From Cyanophora paradoxa CCMP329 (lineage: Eukaryota; Plantae; Glaucophyta), in assembly GCA_004431415.1 (NCBI GenBank), contig QPMI01000256.1, positions 1 through 64,000 of the forward strand: a DNA stretch of 64,000 bases. The letters run 5' to 3'. The translations under genes were made by a program, and so were the position numbers. The notes beneath the pieces were generated by a model. That model had not been told where the DNA came from and did no database searches. It was given only the letters and a program-made list of their open reading frames with translations. Shown one piece after another: positions 12,796 to 25,700 of this stretch (position 1 is the stretch's first letter; the number at the start of each line of letters is the position of its first letter).

Positions 12796-13421
12796 CGCCT
12801 TCCTCCCCCAGCCGTGTTTTCTAGCCCTGCGCCGCTGGCAGCAGAATATTCGCTCAAGCTTTGTGCACATAATAGTTTTCTGCGCCGGCAATGTTTGGGG
12901 AGAGAAAAAGCTGAGGTATTTTGAAAGAGAAAAGCTGGGGTAGGAAGGCGGCGCCGCGTGAGGCCTCGCCATCGGAGAGCAGTTCGAATTCCGCGGATCC
13001 CAAAGCGCATGTTAGAACTTCCGAAAGTTCAGAAGGCGGGCACGAGGTGCTCGTGGGCTGTTTCGAAAAGGCGCGCGACGGCCTCCTAGGCCTGCGGGGG
13101 GGCGTAAGGGCGGGCGGCGGCCGGCCGGGGCGGGCAGTGGGCACGGCGGAGGGGGGTTCGAAGGCGAGGGGGCACGGCGGAGGGGAGTTCGGAGAGGTCG
13201 GTCGTTTCAACTGTCCGACGGTCGTAATTATATAAGCCGCTGAGCTTCAAGGCTTGCAATTGCCAATTAATTGCCAAGAACACATATGCACATACACCGC
13301 CCTGCTAGAGGAATCGCGGGATCGATATCGAAATATTAATGCAGCTGCGCATACCGTATACGAAGTACAGGGGCCGGGCCGAGGGCTGGCGCCAGCTACA
13401 GCCATAGCTGCAGCGCTAGCG

Positions 13422-15945
13422 CTAGCTGCAGGCGGTCGCGGCGGTGCCGACGTCGACGTCGCTGGCGCCGCCGGCAGAGGCGCACGCGGCCGCGGCCAAG
13501 CGATCCGGCCACGCGCATGCCGGCCCCGCCACGCAGAGCTCCCGCGCTGGCACCAAGATCTCTGCGCGCGACAAAAGCAATTTGCAACCGGGCTCAGGAT
13601 GAAATGTAGCGGGCGAGCGTCGGCGGGGGCTGTGCGGCGCGGGGAAGCTGGAGGGCTATCTAGCTAGGGACGGGGCGGCGGGGCGGGAGGGGGGCGTGGG
13701 CGGGGCGGACCGTGGCCCCGGGGGATGTCGCGGGTGGCGACAAGGTCGAGGCCGCGGAAGGCCGCGTTCGCCCCCGCCCCGCCTTCCCCGCCTCGCACCT
13801 GCCTGCGCGCCCCCTCGGAGGGAGCCCACGGCAGGGCGGCGCGGGACGGGGCGGGGCGAGCCGCACAGCCAGTCGCCGCCGCGCGGGTCGAGGAAGAGAG
13901 GCGGGGAGGGGGTGCCGGGGGCGGTGCCGGCGGGGGCGAGGCGGAGTGCGGCCGGGGGAGGGGGCCGTGGGCGCAGGCGAGAGGCAGGGGCGCGGCCTCG
14001 TTGCGGGCGATGGTCTCGTTGGGGGCGAGGTCGCGGCGGGCGAAGAGGCCGGGGCGCCCGCCCTCCGCGCTGAGGCGCACCTCGTAGGCGGGGCGCGCCC
14101 GCCGGTGCCGCGCCAGCGCCCTCTCCATGATCTGGGCCCCCGAGGCCGCCCCGTGAGCCACGAGGCGCCCCCCCCGGAGGCGCTGGGACGGGGCGGCGCG
14201 GCGGGGCGGCGCGGCGGGGCGGACGCGGTCGACGAAGGGACGGTGGCCGGCGGCGAGGGCGAGGATGATGTCGGCGCTGCCGTCCATGGCGGGGTAGAAG
14301 ATCCCGGGGTTCGCGTTGATCTCGAGGAAGAAGATCTCGCCCTGCGGCGCCGCGGAACGCGTGGGCGGGGCGCGGGGCGGGGCGCGGGGCGGGCGGGCGG
14401 GGGCGGGCGTGGTCATCGGAGCGGAAGTCGAGGCGGGCGTAGGAGGAGGCGGCGAGGGCGGCGAAGGCCCGCCCCGCCGCCTCCTGCAGCCGCCCCGCCA
14501 GCCCCGCCTCCTCCACCCGCCCCCACACCATCGCCCCGTACTCCGTCCACTTCATCTGTCCCACCGCGACCCTCGGCCCCCGCCCCGCGGCCCCATCCCG
14601 CCCCGCCCGGGCGCGGGGCGCGGGGCGCGCACGTCGAAGTGCTTGAACTCCTCGCCGGGGGGGAACGCGCACTCGACCGGGGGGTACACATGGACCCCCT
14701 CGGGGCCGGCGGCGTCCTCCGCGACAAGCACCGTGAACTCCCTGCAGGGCCCGTGAGGGGCGGTGGGGGCGGGGGCGGGGTCGGGGGCGGGGCGGGCGGG
14801 GCGGGGCGGGGCGGGGGCGGGCCTGCCGGCGATGAACTCCTCGACGAGGACGCCGCCGAAGTCGCGCAGGAAGAGCCCCGCCTGCTCCCGCAGCTCCTCC
14901 ACCCCACCGCACTTGCTCCGCCTGCGCCCCGCCCCCTCAGCGCAGCCCCCAAGGGCCCGCCCTCCTAGACGGGGCCGGCGGGGGCGGGCGCCTGGTCATG
15001 CCGATGGAGCCGCCGGAGTTGGGGTGCTTGACGATGACGGGGAAGCGCAGGAGGCGCCCCGCCGCCTCCACGCCCTCCCCGTCCCGCGCGAACACAAACG
15101 GTGCTGTCCGCACCCCGGCCTGCTGCGCTGCGCCCCGCCCCCCGCTCGCCCCGCCGCCCCGCCCCGCGCCCCGCCCGCGCCGACGCTCTGAGCATGCGCC
15201 GCGCCGCGCACCGATGCACTTCACTGCCGCGTGCGCAGTGAGCACCGGCAGCTGAAATGCGGGAGAGGGGGGGGGGGGGGGGGGGGGACGGGGGGCCGGC
15301 CGCACTCTTGTCCTTGGAGAGGCTGTAGAAGGCGGCGTCCGCTGCGCGGCGGCCGGTGGAACCGGCGGGGGGCGGGCGGGGCGGGAGGCGGGGCGGGCGG
15401 GCGGGCGCACCGCCCGTGTAGGGGAGGCCGAAGGCCTCGAGGGCGTGGATCACCTCGACGCCGGCCCGGTCCTGCCGCCCCGCCCCTTAGAGGCCCGGGG
15501 ACGGGGACGGGGACCGGGACGGGGGCGGGGCGCCGGGCCGCGCACCTCGTCGAAGGCGCCGTCGCAGAGGTTGATGTACATGTCGTACCCCTCCCGCGCC
15601 GCCGCCAGCACGTCCGCCACTGCCACCCGCCCCGAATTCACCCCGCTGCCCGCCGGCCCCCCCGCGCGCGCGCCGGCCGCAGAGCGTTAACGCGCCTGCC
15701 GTCCTCTTCCGCACCATCACCGAAGTGAAGGTATGCTCTGAGGGGCCGTACAGGTTGCCGGGGTTGCAGTCGTAGTTGTCCGCCTCCTGCCCCCAGCCCA
15801 GCCCCGCGCGCGGGGGCGCCCGCGTCGGTACCGGTCGAGGTCCGGGATCCGGCCGCGCCGTGCACGCGGCCCGTCTTTGCGGCCCGCGGACCTTGAAGCA
15901 GGAGTTGCTTCCCTCGTAGCTGCTCTGGAGCACGGCGATCTTCAT
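13422..15945 (-). CDS. D-Ala-D-Ala-ligase-like ATP-grasp enzyme fused to a degenerate C-terminal SET-like domain
   Basis: Spliced: MKIAVLQSSYEGS...YDMYINLCDGAFDEDRAGVEVIHALEAFGLPYTGAD...FPVIVKHPNSGGSIGMT...VLVEEFIAGREFTVLV...FKHFDMKW...YARLDFRSDDHGEIFFLEINANPGIFYP...GLFARRDLAPNETI...NAAFRGLDLVATRDIPRGHEILV...CS*. Confidence 0.85.
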
Positions 15946-16754
15946 CGCTTCGCGGTGGCGGCGGCCGATTTGAACTTACGCCGCGCGCGCGCGCGCACGC
16001 GCGGCCGGCCGCGGTGACGTTTATGTGAGATTTGGGGCGCTGCCGCGCTGCCCCTGTTGGCGCTCAGAAAACGTGTGTGGACGCGGCGGGGCCTATGAGC
16101 GCAGCATGCGATCCGGCGCGACCCGAGCGCGCCGCGGCCGCCGTTACACTGCCTAGCTATAGCTTCTCCGCTAGGGTGCCGGGGCTAAGTCGAACGAGTC
16201 GATCAAATCCTCGAACGATCGCTGTTCGACGGGTGCGAGCGGCCTTTCGAAGCGTTTCTAAGGGCTGGCAGGTGCGCAATCGATTGCACTAGTACTTCAA
16301 CAGCTCGACGGTCGGGTGGCCAAGCACGATGCACGCCGGAGCTGTTAAAGGCTGCAGGCTGCTGCAGCTGGTTCTCAGCGCGCGCTGCAAATTTCAGTGG
16401 AAGCCAGTGTTTAAGCCAGTTAAAGCCACAGGCAGGGGGGTATGCGAGTTGCGCTTCCGCGCAATGCGGCCCCGACGGGCCGGCCCCCGCGAGCGCATTC
16501 GACGCTCTCGATCATGATGCGCGCTAGTTGAGTGCTCTGCTCTCCGCGCCCAGGCGCCTGCTGTCCGGGAAAACCAGTTCTCTGCAGCGGCCAGCTGGCG
16601 TTGCATCGTCGCATCGGCACACGTCATGCGCGCCCAGCCGGGCTCTTGCGTGCGCTCTCTCCTCTCTCCCGTGCCACTTAGCTGCCGCCTGCAACGTTGA
16701 CTATTGAAACACACGCAGCCCCAGCCTGCACCGCTGCAATAGCGAGCTAGCGGC

Positions 16755-19700
16755 ATGCGAGGGCTGAATGACAGCATGCAGACAAGCATCGTCCTCGTGG
16801 CGCTGGACTGCTCAGCGCTGCCGCCGAATAGCGCGGCGCTCGCCGCAGCAGTTGAGGTAGCTATAGCGGACTCCGCTGCTGCGGCATCAGCGAGCACTTC
16901 CGGCGCCGCGGCGGGCGTGCTGCTGCGCGGCGTGGAGCTGTGCAACTGCAGGGCTCTCTCGGAGGCGCTGCGCGGCCTCGCCCCGCCGCGTGTTGCGTTC
17001 GCGCTGCTCGCGGATGCGCCGCTGCCGGAGTCGCTTCTCGCGGCCGGATGCGGCGCCTGCGTGGAGACCCTTGAACTGACGCCCGTGCCCGACGGGCCCG
17101 CGGTCGCTCGCCGCGCCGCCCGCCGCGCCCTCCTCCGCGCCGCCCTGGACGCCTATCCCGATCTCAATCAGGTCGGCACTGCCCCGCCCCTCGCCCTGCG
17201 CTCTGTTCGATCGTGTACCCCGCAGGTGCTGGTGCTGGAGCGCGTGCCCTCCCTCGACCTCGTCCACCCCGGGGCATACCGCCGCCTCGCCGCCTTCTGC
17301 CACCCCCGGGGGGCGCCCCTCTGCGTCGCCCCGGGGCCCCTGCCCCGCCTGCTCGAGTTCCGCCTGCCAGAGCCGCCGGGCGCGAGCGCCGCGGCGCTGG
17401 TGACCTCGCCGGCCCTCCGCGGCCTCGAGGCGGCCCTGGCCGCGCCGCGGGGGAGCCGGGCCGGCCCCGCGCCGCGCCTCGCGTGGCGCCTCTGGCTGGA
17501 GGGCCTCGCCGCCGCCTGCGCCCGCCCCGGCGGCGGACACGGCCTCGCCCCGCCGACCGCCGCCGCCGCCGCCGCCGTCTTCCGCGCCCTCGCAGAGTCG
17601 CTGGGCGAGGAGAGCGAGGAGGGCCAGGAGGGGGAGGGGGTGGAGGCGGCGGCGGTGGAGGCGGCGCTGGGGCCCCTCGACGCCGCGCCCCCGCCCCCGC
17701 GGGGGCCGGAGGCGGAGAGTCTCGCGGTGCGGGCGGAGCTGGCGTCGGGGACGTGCGAGGCGGGCGCCGGGGCGGGCATCCTCGCCGCCCTCCGCGCCCT
17801 CCGCGCCGCCGCCCTCCTCGAGCAGGCCCGCTCCCGCCTCTCCTCCGCCCGCCGCCCCGCCCCTCTCACCCGCGCCACCCGCAGGCCCCGGCGCCCCGCG
17901 TCGACGAGTGGGCCGCCGCGGCGGAGGCGGCCGGCTCCGGCCTCGGGCGGCGCGTCGCAGGGGCCCTCCGGGGGCGCGGCGAAGGGGCCGGGGCCGGCCG
18001 CCTGCGCGTCTGGCTGGTGGACCGCATGGGTTCGCATGCGCCGGCCCCGGGACGCCCCCCCCCTCTCCCCTCTCTCACCCGGCGGCAGCGCTGCAGGACG
18101 CGAGCGGCGCGGTGAGGCTCCACGCCGCCTGCGGGCCTGTTGAGGGGCGGGGCGGGGCGGGCGAGTGGAGCTCTTCGTGCGGCGGGACGCGGCGTGCCCC
18201 GCGGAGGCGGCGGCGCACTGCGCGGCGCGAGCGCTCCTCGGCTGCAGCGCCGCCGAGGCCCTCGCCCTCGAGGTCCCGCCCCCCGCCCGCTTCTGAGACC
18301 CTTCACGCCCAGCGAGGCGCCGCTGCAGGAGGCGATGGGCGGGGCGACGGCGCGCGCCGACGTGGAGGAGGCCTCGTACGGCGAGCTGGCGGCCCTCGCC
18401 GCCGGCCTGCGCGCCCCCGGCCCGGGCCCCTCTCCGCCGCCGCCCGCCGCGCCTGCCTGCGCCGCCTCTTCGAGGGCGCCTCGGCCCTGCGCGCCGCCGC
18501 CGCCGCCTTCGAGGCCGCCGCCCGCGGCCCCGACGGCGACCCGCCGCACGCCTCCCCCGCGCACGCCTGCGAGGCCCTCGTGCGCCGCCCGCTCCCCTGC
18601 AGCGCCCCCGGCTCCCTCCCTGACGAACTGCGGCGGCGGCAGGCGCGGCGGGCATGCTGGAGGGGCGAGGACGCGGCGGCCCTCCGCTGCGTTGCCGCCG
18701 CCCTCGCCGCCGCCGCCGCTCGCTTCGGGCCGCCCCCACCGTGCCCTCGGCCCGCCTCGTCTCCTCCACTCGCCCGGCTGAGCGGGGCGCAGGGGCGGCG
18801 GTGCCCGGCGGGGCTCTTCCTGGCGAGCGCGCGGCGGGCGCTGCGCGACGCCGCCCTCGACGAGGCCGCCGCCGCCGCCGCCCGCGTCCGCCCCGCCCGC
18901 CCCTTCCACCCCGCCCACCGCCCCTGACGCCCCGCAGGGGGCGCCGCTGCCGCTCCCCTCCCCCGACGCCGCCACCGTCCGTGCGCGTGCCCGGTCCCCC
19001 GAGGACTCGCTGCGCGGGGGCGGCTGAGGGCGCGCAGTGCTGGAGCTTTCGGGGCTGCGCGAGGAGGACGCCCAGGCGTGCCCCCGCCCCCCCCGCCCCC
19101 TCCTCCAGCCGCCGGCTGGCCGCGTGAGGCGGCGGGGCCGGCAGGGGGTCTTCGGGGTGGCCAAGCACCGCGTGGGGGCCGCCGTCTTCGCCCGCCTCCG
19201 CGACCGCCCCGTCCGCCCCGTCCGCCCCCCTTTTCGCCGTCCACACCGCGCCCCGCTGACGAGAACTCGATTGCAGTGGGAGGATGACGAGGAGGAGGGC
19301 GGGGGCGGGCGGGAGGGCGAGTGCAGCGGCGGGGTGGCGCGGGCGGCCTCGGCTTGCGGCCCGCACGCCATCCCCGCCGGCTCCACTTCCGTCCCCCTCG
19401 TGCGAGCCGCCCCTCTGCCCCTCTCGCCTCGCCTCAGCGCCCCGCGCAGCACGGCCGGCCCGACAGGGGCCCAAGGGGAGGCGGGCCCCGCCCCCTCGCG
19501 ATGGCCTCCGTCTGGGGGGGGCGCCTCGCACGAGCCGCCCTCCACCAGGTGCCCCCGCGTCCCCGTTCCACCCGCACCCCGCGTCCCTCACTCCCGCGTC
19601 CCGCCAGGCGCCCCTCCTCCTGCACCTTGCCCTGAGCCGCGCCCTCGGCGCCAGCTGTGGTGGTGCCGGCGGCCCCGTCCAGTCCCTCGCTCCCTCCCCA

Positions 19701-22700
19701 GCCGCCTCCCGCGACGCGGCGGCGGCGGCGGCGGCCGGGACCGGCGCTCTGCCCGCCCCTCTCCCCGCGGGGCTGTACGCCACCCTCGCCGCCGCCGCCG
19801 GCCTCGCGCAGGCACGGCCACGCGCCTCCTCGCGCCGCCGCGTTCGCCCCTCTCTCTGACCGCCGCGGCAGGTGGCTTCGGGCGCGCTGCGAGCGGCGCG
19901 GGCCTCGCCCGTCCCCTCCGCCGCCATCCCCGCCCTCCTCCAGGCCCGCCGGCCCGCCGCAGCGGCCTGCGCTGCCTCCCGCTCAGCGCGACCCCGCAGG
20001 CGCTGCAGGGCGCCCTCGCCGCCCTCGCCCTCCTCGCCCTCGCCCTCGGGTAGCCCCCTCGCCCCTCCCATCGCATCCATTCCTCGCCCTCGCCCTCCGA
20101 CTCGCCCCCGCAGCGCCGCCACTGCCGCCGCCCTCGCCTCGCCCTCGGCCGGCGCCCTCGCCGCCTGTCGCGCCTTCGCCCTCGGTGCGGCCCCCTCCCT
20201 CCTTTGCCGCCGCCCCCGCTGCGCTCAGGCGGGGCCTGCAGGCGCCTGCCTCGTCCTCCACGCCGCGCTCCTCTCGGGGCGGGCCCCCGGCGCCCCGCCC
20301 TGGCGCTCCCTCGAGGTGGGGGCCCCTCCAGCCCCCCCTCCTCCCTTCCCCGCCCCCTCTCCTCACCGCCCACCCCGCAGGGCCTCGCCGCCCTGCTTTC
20401 CCTTGCCGCACCGGCCCTCCTCTTCCTTCCCGCCGCCCTCGCCCCCACCGGCCCCTGGGCGGTCGACTGGGTCCTCGCCGCCGCCCCCGCCGCCTCCGCC
20501 CTCCTTGCCGCCCTCGCCCTGGTCCTCTCCCCGAGCTGTCCCGCGCCCCGCTTCATCCTCATCTGACCTCCCGCAGGGCGGCCTGCTCTTGTGGCGGGCG
20601 CGCCGCTTCGACGACCTGCGCGTCACGCCGCCTGCGCTCCTCGAGCAGTGGCGCGCCGAGCGACTCGCTGGCGACGAAAACGTTGAACCCCGCGGGTGCG
20701 CCCCGCGGCCCTGCTCTGCGCATGCCCACCCGCCTCGCCCCGCCCCGGGCCGCGCCGCTCAGCGGGCCCTTCCAGGGCTTTCGCGGCGCACGTGCGCCGC
20801 CTCGCCGCCGCGCCTCTCCCGCGCCGCCTGCTCCGCGGCCTGCGCCCCGGGGCCGCCGCCGGCCCCGGCGAGGCGGAGGCGCGGAGGCGGGCAGGCTGCC
20901 TCGCCGCCGAGCGCGAGCTGCTGGTGCGGAGCGCCGCGCACCGCGCGCCATGCGCATGCCCCGTCGCTGAAAGCGCGGCGGGCAGGGGTGGCACGCGAGC
21001 AGGGCCCGGGGTGCGGGCGGCTGCCGGAGCCCCTCTCGGGCGCCTGGGATGCCGCCCTCGCCGAGGCGCGCGCCGCCTTGCTCCTGCGCCGGCCCCTTGA
21101 CGCCCCGCCGCAGGCGCTGGCGGAGCTCGCCGCCCGCCGCCGCACCGACGGCGCCCTCGCCCGCGGCGCGCTCCTCTGGGACGAGGTGCCCTCCCTCGAT
21201 CCGGCTCCTCGGCGCACCTCACCGCCGCGACCCCGCTGCCGCAGGGGGCCCCGGGCGCCGCCCGTGCCGCCCTCCTCGCCATCGCCCTGCTCCTCCTCGC
21301 GAACCCCGCCGCCCGCCTCCTCGAGCACTTCTCGGAGTGCGTCCCCGGCCCCGGCCCGCATCCAAGCCAGAGTCCGTGCCTCACGCCATCCCATGCAGCG
21401 CTTGGGCGGGCCCCGCGCCGGCTCCCAGTCATCAGAGTGCCTCCGCCTCTCTTCTCCTCTGTCTGGCAGCCCTTGCGGTCGCCTGCGGCCTCTTCGACCG
21501 CCCCCGCGCTCGTGAGCTTCTCGGGGCGCTTCTCCCGCCGTCATTGTCCGCGCCCAACGCGGAGAGCTGCGGGCTCGGGGCCATGGAGGGCGCCGGAGAG
21601 CCCCAGCCCCGCGTCGCGGCCGCCCTGCTGCGCCCGGAGGCGTGGCCCGAGCGTGAGGGAAGCGAGCCCGCCGAGCTCGACGCGCCGGCTGCCTCCCTCC
21701 TCGCCCCGGCCTCGCCGGCCCTCCTCCGCGCCGCTGCCGCCCTCCTGCGCACCGCGGCCGCCAGCAGCCGCGGGGGCGGGGCCGGCGTGCACGGCGACCC
21801 GTCGCTCCTCGCCGGCGCCGCCGCGGGCCTCGAGGACGGCAGCCTCCCGCCCTCCTCTGCCCCCGCCCCGCCCTGCCGCCCCTCGCCCTCGCCCTCCTCC
21901 TCGCCCCGCCGCCCCGCCTCGTGCTCGCCGCGCCGCGCGGCCGGCCCCGCGCCGCCGCCCGCCGGCTCGCCGAGGCCGCCGCCTACCTGTCTCACGCCGC
22001 CGCCGGCTGGCCCCGGCGGCCGCCCTCGCCGCCTCGGCCCTCGGCAGCGGCCGCCCGCGCTGGCTCGCCGGGGGCGCTGCCGGGGGGCACGGCCGCCCTC
22101 GCCCCCGTGCCCGGGCTTGGGGTCTCCTGGCGCTGGGCGGAGGCGCCGGCGCCGGCCCGCGCCGCCGCCCTCCTCCTCGCTGCGGGGCGCCCCGCGGCGG
22201 CCCTCCCGCCCCGCTGCCTCGCCGCCCTCGCCGCCACCCTGCGCCTCCCCGCGCCCTCCCTCCCCGCCGTCGCCGCCGCCTGCCGCGCCGGCGCCGCCCT
22301 CCTCGCCCCCTCCCCCCGCCCTCGACGCCCCCCGCCACCCCCGCACGCTACCCGCCCTCTCGCGGCGGCGGCGGGCCGGGCTCGCCCTGGGCGCCCTCGG
22401 CCGCCTCTGGTTCCTCCTCCTCTCCGGCGACCCCGCGTGCGCCCCGCGCCCCCGCGCCCGCCCTCTCGGCCGCCCCTTTCCTCACAGAGCGCCGGCAGCT
22501 TCCCCTGGGAGTACGACGCCACGTTCCGCGCCCCCGCCGCCGGGACCCCGACGAGGCGCCCCCGCGCCTCCTTCGCGCCCTCCTGCCCCGCCCCCTCGCC
22601 TTTCCCTCTACGCCCGCCTCCTCCGGCCCCTCGCCGCCGGCCTCGCCTGCGCCGTCGGGTGCCTGGGGGCCGGCGGGGCCGGGCGGGGCTTGCGGAGCGG

Positions 22701-25700
22701 GTGCGGCGGGGCCTGCGGGCGACGTGCCACCGCGGGGCCCCGGGGGCGGGTGGGGCGGGTGGTGGACGAGGACCCCGAGGCGCCCCGCACCGCCTTCCTC
22801 CGCTGGCACGAGGGCCCCGGCCCGCACCCCCCGCCCCGCACCCGCCGCCCTCCACACCTACCCCGGCGCGCCCCGCTCGAGCGGGCCTCTCCGCCGTCGC
22901 GCACGGCCACCCCTTGACGGGAGCGGGGGGGGCAGGGGCCCTGAAGGAGGAGCCGGCGGGGCTCTTGGGCGCCTCGGCCGCTTCGAGTACGGCCCGACGG
23001 CCGGCGCGCCCCCCCCCGGCGGCCGCCCCGCGGGGCCCGGGTCGGCTGAGCGGGGCGCAGCGTGCGGCGGGCGGTGCGGTACGACGCGGCGAGCGAGCGG
23101 CCTCTCGAGACGAGCTTCTTCTCCTTCGCAGCCGCAGCCGGCCCCTTCCCCGCCGAGCGCCGCGACTACCTCGGCGACGTTTCAAACGAGGCAGAGGCCT
23201 CGGCGTGCGCCTTTGCCCCAATGAATCTGCACCTCTCGCCTCTGACCGGCGGAGCAGGCCGCCGCGGCTTTGGCTGCTCTTCGACGCGGCGACGGGGCGC
23301 GCCCTGCGGGGCTCGGTGACACTCGAGCACGGCCCCGACGTGCGCTTCGACTACGAGTACGATGGCGAAGGGCCGGGGGCCCCGACCTGCCCCCAAGCCG
23401 CCCGGCTCGCCGTCCTGCAGCCCGCCTCGCCGGCGCGCCCTCCGCTCTCCGCCTCCTCCAAAGCGTCGGCGCTGAGGAGCGCGCGGGCAGGCGCGGGTCG
23501 TCTTCCGTGGCGTGCCACTGCCGGAGCCGCTCGAGGGCCGCCGCGCGTCGGACGTGGTCGTGCGGCTGCACGCGGCCGCCGGCCCCGGGCGTGCAGCCGC
23601 CCGCCCCGCCAGCGCCGAGCTCCCCGGCCTGCTCGCCCTCCGCTACTCCCACGCCCGCCCCGGCTGCCCACGTCCCTCGTGCTCGCCCCGCCCAGCGCCG
23701 GCCTGGCTGCCGGCCCTGCTCGCCCGCTGCTCGCCCTCGCGGGGGGCCGGGGGCCCCCTCGCGTGGGAGCCCCTCGCCGCCTCGGGCGCCCTCTTCGGGG
23801 AGCTCGGGCCCCGCGCGGGGCCCCCGCGGAGGAGGCCGCCCACGCCGAGCGCCCCTACGCCACCTCCCAGGCCCGCCCGCGTCGCCCCGGCCCCTCCGCC
23901 GCATCCGCCGCAGCTGACGCGGCAGCCGCAGGCGCGCGCGGCCGTGTGGCGGGCCTGGCAGGATAGCCGCCTCGGTGCGCCCCCCGTCCACCTTGGCCGC
24001 CGAGCCGCGTCGAGGGCGGCTCACTGGGGACAGACGGGCCTGCGGCGCGGCGCTGGGACGAGGAGCTCCTGCGCGCCGACCCCGCCATGGCCCCTACTGG
24101 CCCCTCCGTGACTGGGCCGCGTCGCCGAGGCCCGCGCCTGGCTCCGGCGGCACGCCCCGGCCCTGGCGCCCGCATCTCCCTCGCCGCCCCCTCCGAGGCC
24201 CGCCCCTCGACTCGCCAGGGCCTTCCGGCGGCCCGCGCTGACGCCGCGGCGCAGGTGCGCACGCACCTGGCCCTGCAGCTCTACCCGACCTCGCCATGGG
24301 GGACGGCGCGGGCGGGAGGAGGAGGAGGAGGAGGAGGGGAGGGCCCCGCGACGGCGACGCTGCGGGGCCCTGGAGCGAGGTGCTGCCCCTAGACGCGCCC
24401 CCTGCCGGCCCTCCACGGGGGCGAGCCGGCCGCCAGGGCCGCCCGCTGCCGGCGGTGGCGCTGGACTGCGCGACGTGGCCCATGGACGGCGAGCCGGGCG
24501 GGCCGGGCCGCGCCGCCGGGGCTGAGGCGGCGGCAGGTGGCGGCGTGGCGGCGTGCCGGCGAGACCTGCTCGCCCGCCTACCCCGCATTGCCTGGACCGC
24601 CGTACGCCCTCCGCACCGCCCCGCCCCGCCCGCTGGGGCCCTCCCCGAGCCGCGCGCCGCCGGGCGCGCACAGGTGGCGGAGGTGGCGAACGAGGCCCGC
24701 TCCGTGCCCCCGGCTATGATCCCGCCGTCCGCCCGCCCCGCCCCTCCTCGCCCCGCGCCCGGCGGGCCGACGGGGCGCAGAGTCGAGTGGAGGCGCTGCG
24801 GGTGGTGCCCCTGTGGGAGGCCGCGGGCCCCGCAGCCCCGGCCGCAGCGTCACCGAGCACCTGGCGCGCCCTCCCGCGCCGCCCCCTCACCCGGCCCAGG
24901 TCGCCACGCTCGATCGGCTCACGTCCGGGCGCGCAGCTCGGGGCCGTGCCGGCGTGGCGCCTTGCCGCGCGGCGGGCGCGGCGGCGGAGCACGCGGCGGC
25001 CGCCTTCGTACCCTCATCGCCCGCCTCCTCCGCCTCTGGGCCCCGCCCTCGGCCCCGGCGCCGGTGGCAGCGGGAGCAGCTGGCGGCAGCGGGGCGCCTT
25101 TGGCTCGACCTGCGGCGCTACTTCGCCGCCCACGACTACGCCGCCACGCGCGCCGCCCCCTCCCCGCCCCGCCGCCGGCTCCCGCGCGCTGACGGGCGCG
25201 CTCCGCGGCGGCAGGTGGAGCACGCCGCCGTGCGCCGCGCCTTCCGGCGGCACTTCGCCGGCCCCGCGGCGGGCGGCCCCGGCCTCCCCGACGGCCCGTC
25301 GGAGGGGGAGTGCGAGGTGAGGCGCCGCCTCGGCCGGAGCGAGGGGCCGGCCGACACCGCGCAGGCGGTGCTGGGGCTGGTGGCGCACTACCTGCGCGGC
25401 CTCGCCTGCCCGCCGCCCCGCCCGGCGCCCTCGTCGCCCACGCCTCCCACCACGCCCCGGCGCCCTCCTCGTCCGCCCTGGCCCCTCTGCGCTCCTCCCC
25501 GGCCCCTCACCGGCACCCGGCGGGGCCCCGCAGGGCGCCGCCCTCAAGGCCGACACGGGGCCAGCTTCCTGGCGCGCACCCCGCCTCGCCCGTCCGCCTC
25601 GGGCCTCACGCGGGGCGGCAGGTGTGGGACCACGCCATCGCGTACCGCGAGGCGCTGCGCCTCCTCAGCCACCAGCGCGCCCTCTCCCCCTGGGTCCCCG

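Noticed and set aside
13422-15945. Plastid peptidoglycan D-Ala-D-Ala ligase
   Set aside because: No transit peptide, no canonical GGxSxEH/LHG motifs, and a SET-like extension, so it belongs to a different ATP-grasp subfamily.
8441-20122. Very long Arg/Gly/Pro/Ala-rich ORFs (e.g. 944 aa at 8441-11275 minus, 984 aa at 17168-20122 minus)
   Set aside because: They are shadow ORFs caused by stop-codon scarcity at very high GC, and lie antisense to real spliced genes.
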